Shown here: positions 1 to 7,216 of the stretch, in pieces | Layout: each line of letters begins with the position of its first letter | How positions within the stretch are numbered: the first letter of the stretch is position 1 | Assembly: GCF_042660085.1 (NCBI RefSeq) | Contig: NZ_JBHSTI010000008.1 | Span: 1,929,876-1,961,875, forward strand | Direction: 5' to 3' | DNA length: 32,000 nucleotides | DNA from: Longivirga aurantiaca | Lineage (GTDB): Bacteria; Actinomycetota; Actinomycetes; S36-B12; CAIYMF01 | The notes under the pieces: model-generated | The model's input: only the letters and a program-made list of their open reading frames with translations | The model's database searches: none | Told to the model about the DNA's origin: nothing | Position numbers and translations under genes: made by a program

Positions 1-888
1 GCCGAGAGCGCGGACATCCTCACCGGGCCGGACCAGGCCGTGATCCTCCCCGACCTCGCCGCGGGCTGCTCGATGGCGGACATGGCCGCGATCGGGCAGG
101 TCGAGGACGCGTGGGACGTGCTCGCCGACGCCGGCATCACCGACGTGACGATCCCGATCACTTACATGAACTCCACCGCCGCGATCAAGGCGTTCACCGG
201 TCGCAACCGCGGTGCCGTGTGCACGTCGTCCAACGCGCAGCGTGCGCTCGAGTGGGCCTTCGAGCAGGGCGAGAAGGTCTTCTTCCTGCCCGATCAGCAC
301 CTCGGCCGCAACACCGCGGTGCTCGAGCTCGGGCTCTCGCTCGACGACTGCGTGCTCTACGACCCGCACAAGCCGCAGGGCGGCCTCACCGCCGACGAGC
401 TGCGCGCCGCGAAGGTGATCCTCTGGAAGGGCCACTGCTCGGTGCACGGCCGCTTCGCCCTCGAGTCCGTCGTCGACGTCCGCGAGCGCATCCCCGGCGT
501 CAACGTGCTCGTGCACCCCGAGTGCAAGCACGAGGTGGTCACCGCCGCCGACTACGTGGGCTCGACCGAGTTCATCATCAAGACCCTCGACGCCGCCCCC
601 GCGGGCAGCGCCTGGGCGATCGGCACCGAGCTCAACCTCGTGAAGCGCCTCGCCCTCGCGCACCCCGACAAGCAGGTGGTCTTCCTCGACAAGACCGTCT
701 GCTTCTGCGCGACGATGAACCGCATCGACCTGCCGCACCTGGTGTGGGCGCTCGAGAACCTCGTCGAGGGCAACGTCGTCAACCGGATCGAGGTCGATCC
801 GGACGTGGCGCACTGGGCCAAGGTCGCGCTCGACCGCATGCTCGCGCTGCCCGGCGTCGGCGCAACCCCCGCTCACGCCCAGGACTGA
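1..888 (+). CDS. nadA: quinolinate synthase NadA, C-terminal part (5' end lies outside the window)
   Basis: Frame 1 is open from base 1 (AESADILTGPDQAVILPDLAAGCSMADM...) and runs into listed ORF 40..888. Motifs PDLAAGCSMADM, VCTSSNA, FLPDQHLGRNT and WKGHCSVHGRF are typical of NadA. G/C3 bias is high. Confidence 0.9.
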   Translation, partial: AESADILTGPDQAVILPDLAAGCSMADMAAIGQVEDAWDVLADAGITDVTIPITYMNSTAAIKAFTGRNRGAVCTSSNAQRALEWAFEQGEKVFFLPDQHLGRNTAVLELGLSLDDCVLYDPHKPQGGLTADELRAAKVILWKGHCSVHGRFALESVVDVRERIPGVNVLVHPECKHEVVTAADYVGSTEFIIKTLDAAPAGSAWAIGTELNLVKRLALAHPDKQVVFLDKTVCFCATMNRIDLPHLVWALENLVEGNVVNRIEVDPDVAHWAKVALDRMLALPGVGATPAHAQD

Positions 889-917
889 CCCGCAGCTCTC
901 ACGTCATGATTGCCGCC

Positions 918-970
918 TTTGTTCGGCTCTATTGGATGAAGGTCGCCTTCATCCAATAGAGCCGAACAAA
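918..970. repeat. perfect 25-bp inverted repeat with a 3-nt spacer (tttgttcggctctattggatgaagg tcg ccttcatccaatagagccgaacaaa); AT-rich palindromic element
   Basis: Checked base by base: 918-942 is the exact reverse complement of 946-970. I counted 24 G/C in 53 nt, far below the surrounding sequence. It lies between convergent nadA and the PspAB-like gene. The right arm plus flank (950-991) recurs at 30202-30241. Confidence 0.9.
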
Positions 971-994
971 TCCGGCCTTCATCAAGACGCGCTG

Positions 995-1591
995 CTAGAG
1001 GCCGGGGGCGCCCCAGACGGCGAACCAGCGGCCGGTGTCGCGCTCCATGCGCAGGTCGTCCGCCAGCAGGTCGCGCAGCTGGATCTCGAGCAGGTTGTCG
1101 CGCTGCTGCACGGGCGCGCCCTCGATCGTCCGGCCGGTGCCCACCATCGGCGCGAACGGGTAGAACGTGCCCTGCTTGAAGAGGTACACGAGCCCGAGCG
1201 TGCGGGCGCCGTCGGTGAACGTGACCAGCGAGCACAGCAGCGTCGAGCCGAAGCCGGAGTCCTGCAGCGTCGTGTTGACCGCGTGCAGGTCGGTCACGAG
1301 CGACGACACGTCCGGCGGGTCGGTGCGTACGACGAGCCACGTGTAGCCGTACGAGTCGACGTCCACCTCCACCTTCGGCCCGCCGCCGGCGTCGAGCAGC
1401 TGCTGCACCTCGGCCTGGATGTCGGCGAAGGCGCGCCCCTCGGGCGCGCGGAACGCGACGGCTCCGGACCCGACGGCGTGGAACCCCAACGAGGCCTCGA
1501 GCGTGACGGCCGCCGACGGCAGCCCGAAGAGGTTGTCGAGGTCGGGCTTGGCCGGCTTGCTGCGCCCGAGGATCGAGTCGAACAGTCCCAT
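995..1591 (-). CDS. PspA-associated protein, PspAB-like (conserved actinobacterial protein)
   Basis: Listed ORF 995..1624, trimmed to the internal ATG at 1591 (MGLFDSILGRSKPAKPDLDNLFGLPSAA...), which is preceded by GGGGGAGAG. The N-terminal motif and the C-terminal RWFAVWGAPGL match my memory of proteins named PspAB in actinobacterial annotations. It sits in a pspA neighbourhood. Confidence 0.65.
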   Translation of the reverse strand: MGLFDSILGRSKPAKPDLDNLFGLPSAAVTLEASLGFHAVGSGAVAFRAPEGRAFADIQAEVQQLLDAGGGPKVEVDVDSYGYTWLVVRTDPPDVSSLVTDLHAVNTTLQDSGFGSTLLCSLVTFTDGARTLGLVYLFKQGTFYPFAPMVGTGRTIEGAPVQQRDNLLEIQLRDLLADDLRMERDTGRWFAVWGAPGL

Positions 1592-1688
1592 GCCCCCACT
1601 CTCCCCCATCCGTCGGCGCGGCACAGTTCGGCGTGCGCCGGGACGCGCACGGCTCGGGTCCGTCCCCGGCGGCGGCGCCGGCGTCGGT

Positions 1689-1694
1689 GATACT
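1689..1694 (+). promoter_or_regulatory. candidate -10 hexamer (GATACT) placed for a leaderless transcript starting at GTG 1701
   Basis: The hexamer has A at position 2 and T at position 6 and lies exactly 6 nt upstream of the start codon. No Shine-Dalgarno sequence lies between them. Confidence 0.35.
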
Positions 1695-1700
1695 TCCTAC

Positions 1701-2312
1701 GTGAAGCGCATCCTTCCCGTGACCGTGGCGATGTCCGTCCTGCTGCTCACCGCCTGCGCATCGGGATCGGCCGACCTCGGCACCTCCGCGACGCCGGCCG
1801 CGTCGTCGTCGCAGGAGTCGGGGGCACCGAGCACGGCACCGGCCGCGGGCACCGTGGTCACCGGCGAGCGCACGTACTCCGGGCTGGCGCAGGACCACGT
1901 CGACGGCACGGTCGACTACCCGCAGTCCCCGCCGGTCGGCGGGGCGCACAGCCCGGTGTGGGCCGCCTGCGACGGACGGGTCTACGACGCGGCGATCCCG
2001 AACGAGAAGGCGGTGCACTCGCTCGAGCACGGCGCGGTCTGGGTCACCTGGGCGCCGACGCTCGCACCCGCGGACGCGGAGACGCTGCACGCGCTGATCG
2101 AGGGCGTGGACTACCGCCTCGGCTCGCCCTACCCGGGCCTCACGGCCACGATCACCGTCACGGCGTGGGGCCACCAGATGGACGCCGACAGCGTCGACGA
2201 CCCGCGGATCGCGACCTTCCTGGAGGCGTACACCAACGGCCCCCAGACCCCCGAGCCCGGCGCGACCTGCGCCGACCCCACCGGCGCCAGCCCGGACGTG
2301 CACTCGGGCTGA
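1701..2312 (+). CDS. DUF3105-domain lipoprotein
   Basis: In-frame GTG within listed ORF 1419..2312 gives VKRILPVTVAMSVLLLTAC, a signal peptide with lipobox LLTAC. The core YPQSPPVGGAHSPVW...AVHSLEHGAVWVTW matches the DUF3105 pattern. Confidence 0.8.
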   Translation: MKRILPVTVAMSVLLLTACASGSADLGTSATPAASSSQESGAPSTAPAAGTVVTGERTYSGLAQDHVDGTVDYPQSPPVGGAHSPVWAACDGRVYDAAIPNEKAVHSLEHGAVWVTWAPTLAPADAETLHALIEGVDYRLGSPYPGLTATITVTAWGHQMDADSVDDPRIATFLEAYTNGPQTPEPGATCADPTGASPDVHSG

Positions 2313-2316
2313 GAGG

Positions 2317-3225
2317 TCAGCGCTGGCCGAGCTGGGCGGCGACCTTGGCGAGCTCCTCGAGGCGCTTCTCCAGGGGCGGGTGCGTCATGAAGAGCGACGA
2401 CAGCGACGCCTTGCTGGTGACGGCCGGGGCGAAGGCGAACGCCGACACCGCCTCCATCGACCGCAGGTCGCGGTCGGGGATCGAGGCGATGTCGCCGGAG
2501 ATCTTGGTCAACGCCGACGCCAGCGCGCTCGGACGCCCGGTGAGCAGCGCGCCCGTGCGGTCGGCCGACAGCTCGCGGTAGCGCGAGAGCGCACGCGTGA
2601 GCAGGAACGACACGACGTACACGACGATCGACACCACGAACACGGCCAGCGCCATGAGCGCGGCGTTCTGGTCGCGGTTGTTGCGGCCCATGCCGCTCCA
2701 CATGACCATGCGCGTGAGCAGGCCGGCGACGATGCCCGCGAACGACGCGACCGTCATCACCGTGACGTCGCGGTGGGCGATGTGCGAGAGCTCGTGCGAC
2801 AGCACGCCCTCGAGCTCGTCGGCCTCGAGGCGGCGCACGATGCCCGTGGTGACGCAGACGACCGAGCGGCTCGGTGTGCGGCCGGTGGCGAACGCGTTCG
2901 GCACGTCGGTGTCGGCGATCGCGATGCGCGGCTTGGGCATGTCGGCCATCGCGCAGAGGCGGTCGACCATCGCGTGCAGCTGCGGAGCCTGCTCCGGCGT
3001 GACGACTTTGGCGCGCATGGCTGCCAGCGCCATGGTGTCCGAGAAGTACCACTGCCCGAACAGCATGACCCCGGAGACCACCAGCACGAAGAGAGCGCTG
3101 AAGCCGAGCGCGATGAGGGCGGCGGCGAGCACGACGTAGAGCAGGCCCAGCCCGAACACCGTCCCGACCATCCGTCGGGTCAGTCCCTTGTCGCTGGCGT
3201 ACCGCGTGGCGGCCACAGCCGTCAT
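2317..3225 (-). CDS. htpX: M48-family zinc metalloprotease HtpX
   Basis: Listed ORF 2317..3225. It has the HELSHIAHRD (HExxH) motif, four predicted transmembrane (TM) segments, PNAFATGR, and an HtpX-like C-terminus THPPLEKRL. GAAGGAGG lies directly upstream of the ATG. Confidence 0.9.
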   Translation of the reverse strand: MTAVAATRYASDKGLTRRMVGTVFGLGLLYVVLAAALIALGFSALFVLVVSGVMLFGQWYFSDTMALAAMRAKVVTPEQAPQLHAMVDRLCAMADMPKPRIAIADTDVPNAFATGRTPSRSVVCVTTGIVRRLEADELEGVLSHELSHIAHRDVTVMTVASFAGIVAGLLTRMVMWSGMGRNNRDQNAALMALAVFVVSIVVYVVSFLLTRALSRYRELSADRTGALLTGRPSALASALTKISGDIASIPDRDLRSMEAVSAFAFAPAVTSKASLSSLFMTHPPLEKRLEELAKVAAQLGQR

Positions 3226-3264
3226 CCTCCTTCGTCGTCGTACCGGGTAGGTCCCTGCAGGTGG

Positions 3265-3291
3265 AACGCGAACGGGCCGGGGATACGTTCC
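3265..3291 (-). promoter_or_regulatory. candidate ECF (SigE-type) promoter upstream of htpX: GGAAC-N18-CGTT on the minus strand
   Basis: The minus strand reads GGAAC (3291->3287), 18 nt, then CGTT (3268->3265), about 40 nt upstream of the htpX start. It overlaps the hairpin at 3274-3298, so the match could be fortuitous. Confidence 0.25.
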
Positions 3292-3298
3292 CCGGCCC
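3274..3298 (-). terminator. 10-bp GC-rich hairpin between pspAA and htpX (gggccgggga acgta tccccggccc), followed on the minus strand by gTTcgcgTTcc
   Basis: The stem is exactly complementary by inspection. Its position, 30 nt after the pspAA stop, suggests a partial terminator or attenuator. There is no clean U-tract. Confidence 0.4.
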
Positions 3299-3327
3299 GC
3301 GCGACGTACATCGAACTCACGGCCGGA

Positions 3328-3603
3328 TCAGTCCGGCACGAGGCCTTCCTCGGTGAGCATGCTGCGGATGTCGTCCTCGCTCGCGTCGGCGAACGGCAGG
3401 ATCACGTCGGACTCGCGGGCCTCGTGGTCCGGCGGCCGTACGCCGTTCGTGCGGACGAAGTCGAGCAGCGCGTCGAGCGCCGGCGTGACGTCGGGCTCGG
3501 GCGACCTGAGCGCCGACTCGAGCTCGGCGTCGAGGCGGTTGAGCTCGGCAAGAGCGGACTCGGGCATCTCGTACTGGCCCTCGCCCAGGATGCGGATGAG
3601 CAC
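3328..3603 (-). CDS. PspA-associated protein PspAA
   Basis: Listed ORF 3328..3603 (GTG start, GAGAGGGG upstream). The sequence (M)LIRILGEGQYEMPESALAELNRLDAELE...ILPFADASEDDIRSMLTEEGLVPD matches the small acidic protein found immediately downstream of actinobacterial pspA. Confidence 0.75.
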   Translation of the reverse strand: MLIRILGEGQYEMPESALAELNRLDAELESALRSPEPDVTPALDALLDFVRTNGVRPPDHEARESDVILPFADASEDDIRSMLTEEGLVPD

Positions 3604-3637
3604 GTGCCTACCCCTCTCGGGACGTGACGACGATGGA

Positions 3638-4384
3638 TCAGGCCTGCGGCTTGTCGGCCGACTCGATGGCGGGAGCAGGGGCGGCGCCGCTGATCTCGCC
3701 CTTCATCGCGGCGAGCTGAGCCTCGACGTCGTTGCCGCTCGCCATGCGCTCGAGCTCGAGCGTGATGGAGTCCTTGCTGGTACCGGTCGGGTCGTCGAGC
3801 GCGCCGGAGGCAAGGAGCTCGTCGATGGCCTGGCCGCGCGCCTGCATCTGCGCGGTCTTGTCCTCGGCGCGCTGGATCGCGAGGCCGACGTCGCCGAGCT
3901 CCTCGCTGATGCCCGAGAAGGCCTCGTTGATCTTGGTCTGCGCCTCGGCGGCGGAGTACGTCGCCTTGATCGTCTCCTTCTTCGTGCGGAAGGACTCGAC
4001 CTTGGCCTGCAGGCGCTGGCTGGCCTGGATCAGCTTCTCCTCCTGGTCCTGCAGCCCGACGAGCTGGGTCTGCAGGTCCGCGATCTGGGTGGTCAGCCCG
4101 GAGCGGCGCATGAGGGCCTCGCGGGCGAGGTCCTCCCGGCCGCCGGCGAGGGCGGCCTTGGCCTGGCCCTCGAGCTTGGTGCTCTGCTGCTCGAGCTGGG
4201 TGATCTGCAGCTCGAGGCGCTTGCGGCTGGTCGCCACGTCGGCCACGCCACGGCGCACCTTCTGGAGCAGCTCGAGCTGCTTCTCGTAGGAGTAGTCCAG
4301 CGTCTCGCGCGGGTCCTCGGCCTTGTCCAGGGCCTTGTTCGCCTTGGACTTGAAGATCAGGGTGAAGCGCTGCCAGAGGCCCAT
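3638..4384 (-). CDS. pspA: PspA/IM30 family phage-shock protein A
   Basis: Listed ORF 3638..4384. It has the N-terminal amphipathic helix MGLWQRFTLIFKSKANKALDKAEDPRETLDYSYEKQLE followed by a long coiled coil. The RBS GGAAGGGA lies upstream. Confidence 0.9.
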   Translation of the reverse strand: MGLWQRFTLIFKSKANKALDKAEDPRETLDYSYEKQLELLQKVRRGVADVATSRKRLELQITQLEQQSTKLEGQAKAALAGGREDLAREALMRRSGLTTQIADLQTQLVGLQDQEEKLIQASQRLQAKVESFRTKKETIKATYSAAEAQTKINEAFSGISEELGDVGLAIQRAEDKTAQMQARGQAIDELLASGALDDPTGTSKDSITLELERMASGNDVEAQLAAMKGEISGAAPAPAIESADKPQA

Positions 4385-4433
4385 CGTGGGCGTCCCTTCC
4401 TCGAAACGACGACGTACGCGTCCTGCCGGTGGC

Positions 4434-4459
4434 GACGTGCGACGCCCCGGGGGGTTCCC
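4434..4459 (-). promoter_or_regulatory. candidate ECF (SigE-type) promoter upstream of pspA: GGGAAC-N16-CGTC on the minus strand
   Basis: The minus strand reads GGGAAC (4459->4454), 16 nt, then CGTC (4437->4434), roughly 45-50 nt upstream of the pspA ATG. The -10 element is CGTC rather than the consensus CGTT. Confidence 0.3.
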
Positions 4460-4638
4460 AACCTATCGGCCCGTGCGCGGCCTGTCCCCCGGTCGCGCCC
4501 CGGGCGCCCGCCCGGATGCGCTGAGTAGCGGCCCGGGGGATCTGAGTAGTCGCTACCCATCCCCCGGGGCGCCGATCTCCCGAGACTCGTCCACGAGCGG
4601 CCCCACCGGGGGCCACGCCAGGACCAAGGAGAACCCCG

Positions 4639-5475
4639 ATGACCAGCACCCTGCGCCGCGTGAGCGCCGCCCTGGTGACCAGCGCCGCCCTCGTGGCGGG
4701 CACCCTCGGCCTCGCCGCCCCCGCCGAGGCCGCCAGCCTCTGCGCCACCGACTGCATCTCGTACGCGCCGGTCTCGGCCGACACCAGGACCGTCCGGGCC
4801 AGCGTCGTCACCACCGGCTACGTGAACGTGACCGCCGAGGTGTGGGCGGCGGACAAGTCGGCCCGCGTCTCGTACATGGTCGACGGCCAGACCGAGACCT
4901 GGACGAGCTCCTGGACCTTCACCAGCACGGGCGGCCTGAAGCAGAACACGACCTACGCCGTGAAGCTCGTCGCCAAGGACATGCTCGGCAAGACCTGGAC
5001 CGAGTGGCGCTCGGTGCGCGTCAAGCAGCGCACCGCCACCTGGCACATCACGAAGATCAACCTCGCCGACGACAGCGACTACGCCGGGGCGGGCGAGTTC
5101 AAGGCCGGCTGGAAGGCAGGCACGACGGTCAAGTCGCCGCTCTGGAGCGGCTGGCAGTCCAAGTCCTCGGGCGGCTCCTGGACGCTCTCGTCCAGCAACG
5201 CGGCAGCCACGATCGTGCGCGTCGGCGAGACCTCGAGCCCGAAGGTCTTCCTCGAGCTCCTCGACGACGACACCGACATCGGCGACTTCGGCTGCGGCAC
5301 CGGCTTCGCGCCGAGCTGGGACTGGGGCACGAACAGCTGCGCCGACTGGGCCACCGCCGGGGCCTACGTGAACCTCCCCGAGACCTCCGCGACCACGAGC
5401 TTCACCCTGTACGTCGCCAAGACGGCGCCGGTGAAGTTCACCGTCCAGGGGTACGTCGTCACCACGGTGTCCTGA
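4639..5475 (+). CDS. secreted protein of unknown function (Sec signal peptide, four Cys, beta-rich)
   Basis: Listed ORF 4639..5475 with a strong RBS (AAGGAG, 7 nt upstream). Signal peptide is MTSTLRRVSAALVTSAALVAGTLGLAAPAEA/AS. G/C3 bias is high. I recognise no family. Confidence 0.8.
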   Translation: MTSTLRRVSAALVTSAALVAGTLGLAAPAEAASLCATDCISYAPVSADTRTVRASVVTTGYVNVTAEVWAADKSARVSYMVDGQTETWTSSWTFTSTGGLKQNTTYAVKLVAKDMLGKTWTEWRSVRVKQRTATWHITKINLADDSDYAGAGEFKAGWKAGTTVKSPLWSGWQSKSSGGSWTLSSSNAAATIVRVGETSSPKVFLELLDDDTDIGDFGCGTGFAPSWDWGTNSCADWATAGAYVNLPETSATTSFTLYVAKTAPVKFTVQGYVVTTVS

Positions 5476-5489
5476 CGCCCGCGCACCCC

Positions 5490-5523
5490 GGCAGGCCCTC
5501 GCTCCCCGGAGCGGGGGCCTGCC
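5490..5523 (+). terminator. hairpin terminator after the secreted-protein gene
   Basis: ggcaggccctcgctcc cc ggagcgggggcctgcc forms about 15 bp including one G-U pair, 15 nt after the stop codon. It is followed by cgTTcgT. Confidence 0.5.
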
Positions 5524-5550
5524 CGTTCGTGCCGCCCGGGGCGGGCCGCT

Positions 5551-5556
5551 TAGAGT
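5551..5556 (+). promoter_or_regulatory. candidate -10 hexamer TAGAGT placed for a leaderless transcript starting at GTG 5563
   Basis: It matches TANNNT and lies 6 nt upstream of the start codon, with no Shine-Dalgarno sequence. Confidence 0.45.
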
Positions 5557-5562
5557 GACCGC

Positions 5563-6171
5563 GTGTTCCGCCGCAAGAGCTCCGACACCGAGGTGCCGGC
5601 GCCCGCCTCCGAGACCTCGTCCGCCGCCCAGGGCAAGGGCGCGCCCACGCCTACCCGCAAGGAGGCCGAGGCCGCCCGCAAGGCGCGGCTCAACGGCACC
5701 ACGGGCAACGCCAAGGCCGACAAGAAGGCGGCCCGCGAGGCCGACCGTCAGGCCCGCTACGAGGCCCGCCTGGCCCTGCAGGCCGGCGACGAGCGCAGGC
5801 TCCCCGCCCGCGACGCCGGACCGGTGAAGTCCTATGTCCGCGACTTCGTCGACGGCCGCATCAGCGCCGGCGAGCTCTTCATCCCGGTGGCCCTCGTGGT
5901 CCTGGTGGCCGGCTTCATCCGCATCCAATGGGTGCAGGTCGTGCTGCTGTGGGCGTGGTCGGCGATGCTCCTCGGCGTCATCCTCGACTCGTTCTACCTC
6001 TGGTTCCGCCTGCGCAAGAACCTCCCGGAGCGCTTCCCCGACGAGTCGCGCCGCGGCGCACTGTCGTACGGCATCCTGCGCAGCCTGCAGATCCGCAAGC
6101 TCCGCCTGCCCCCGCCCAAGGTGCGCTACAACGGCCAGCCCGTGGTGCCCAAGGTCAAGAAGCAGAAGTAG
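5563..6171 (+). CDS. DUF3043-domain membrane protein
   Basis: Listed ORF 5563..6171. It has a Lys/Arg/Ala-rich N-terminus (GKGAPTPTRKEAEAARKARL) followed by two TM helices, the architecture typical of actinobacterial DUF3043. Confidence 0.8.
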   Translation: MFRRKSSDTEVPAPASETSSAAQGKGAPTPTRKEAEAARKARLNGTTGNAKADKKAAREADRQARYEARLALQAGDERRLPARDAGPVKSYVRDFVDGRISAGELFIPVALVVLVAGFIRIQWVQVVLLWAWSAMLLGVILDSFYLWFRLRKNLPERFPDESRRGALSYGILRSLQIRKLRLPPPKVRYNGQPVVPKVKKQK

Positions 6172-6200
6172 GCGAGATCGCGGCGGTCCGCTGCCGCGCA

Positions 6201-6206
6201 TAGGGT
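6201..6206 (+). promoter_or_regulatory. candidate -10 hexamer TAGGGT placed for a leaderless transcript starting at ATG 6213
   Basis: It matches TANNNT and lies 6 nt upstream of the ATG. Confidence 0.4.
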
Positions 6207-6212
6207 CGGGGG

Positions 6213-7211
6213 ATGCAGCACCGACGTCTTGGCCGCAGCGGCCTCAAGGTCAGCGAGATCTCCTACGGCAACTGGATCACCCACGGGTCCCAGGTCGAGG
6301 AGGACGCCGCCCTCGCCTGCGTGAACGCCGCGCTCGAGGTCGGCATCACCACCTTCGACACCGCCGACGTGTACGCCGGCACCAAGGCCGAGTCGGTGCT
6401 CGGCAAGGCCCTGGCCGGCCAGCGCCGCGAGGGCCTCGAGATCTTCACGAAGGTCTACTGGCCGACCGGCCCCGGCGTGAACGACCGCGGGCTGTCGCGC
6501 AAGCACATCCTCGAGAGCATCAACGGCTCGCTGCGCCGCCTCGGCACCGACTACGTCGACCTCTACCAGGCGCACAGGTACGACCACGAGACGCCGCTCG
6601 AGGAGACCATGCGCGCGTTCGAGGACGTCGTCCGGTCCGGCAAGGCGCTGTACGTCGGCGTCTCGGAGTGGGACGCCGAGCAGATCCGTCGCGCGGTCGA
6701 GATCGCCGACCAGATGGGCTTCGACAGGCTCGTGTCGAACCAGCCGCAGTACTCCATGCTGTGGCGCGTCATCGAGGCCGAGGTCGTGCCGACGAGCCAG
6801 GAGCTCGGGCTCGGGCAGGTCGTCTGGAGCCCCATCGCGCAGGGCGTGCTCACGGGCAAGTACCTCCCCGGTCAGCCCGCCCCCGAGGGCTCGCGCGCCA
6901 CCGACCCGACGAGCGGACACTTCACCGAGCGCCTGCGCACCGACGAGATCCTCACCCGGGTGCAGAAGCTGAAGCCGCTCGCCGAGCAGGCCGGCCTGTC
7001 GATGGCCCAGCTCGCGGTCGCGTGGGTCCTGCAGAACGACAACGTGTCCTCGGCCATCATCGGCGCGAGCCGCCCCGAGCAGGTCGTCGAGAACGTCAGG
7101 GCCGCGGGCGTCGTGCTCGAGCCCGAGCTGCTCGACGCGATCGACATCGTGCTCGGCGACGTCGTCCAGACCGACCCGCGCCTCACCGTCTCCCCCAACC
7201 CCCGGGCGTGA
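6213..7211 (+). CDS. aldo/keto reductase (Kv-beta-like subfamily)
   Basis: Listed ORF 6213..7211. Motifs: RRLGRSGLKVSEISYGNW, TFDTADVYAGTKAESVLG, LYQAHRYD, SNQPQYSML. Confidence 0.9.
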   Translation: MQHRRLGRSGLKVSEISYGNWITHGSQVEEDAALACVNAALEVGITTFDTADVYAGTKAESVLGKALAGQRREGLEIFTKVYWPTGPGVNDRGLSRKHILESINGSLRRLGTDYVDLYQAHRYDHETPLEETMRAFEDVVRSGKALYVGVSEWDAEQIRRAVEIADQMGFDRLVSNQPQYSMLWRVIEAEVVPTSQELGLGQVVWSPIAQGVLTGKYLPGQPAPEGSRATDPTSGHFTERLRTDEILTRVQKLKPLAEQAGLSMAQLAVAWVLQNDNVSSAIIGASRPEQVVENVRAAGVVLEPELLDAIDIVLGDVVQTDPRLTVSPNPRA

Positions 7212-7216
7212 CGGAC

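Noticed and set aside
873-2303. Long ORFs in the track that run antisense or out of frame to recognisable genes. Examples: 873..2303(-), 3402..4814(-), 4357..6201(-), 5834..7438(+), 7377..9152(-), 12524..14884(-), 15006..16745(-), 17271..18440(-), 20259..21875(-), 22719..24116(-), 24005..26440(-), 28771..30468(-).
   Set aside because: Their translations are Arg/Ala/Gly/Pro-rich low-complexity strings with no recognisable motifs. They overlap genes that have clear family signatures and G/C3 bias. Long stop-free alternative frames are expected in very GC-rich DNA.
3263-3289. GGAAC-N18-CGTT also reads on the plus strand in the pspAA-htpX spacer.
   Set aside because: No plus-strand gene lies downstream. 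The match is a by-product of the palindromic hairpin at 3274-3298. That is also why the minus-strand version gets only low confidence.
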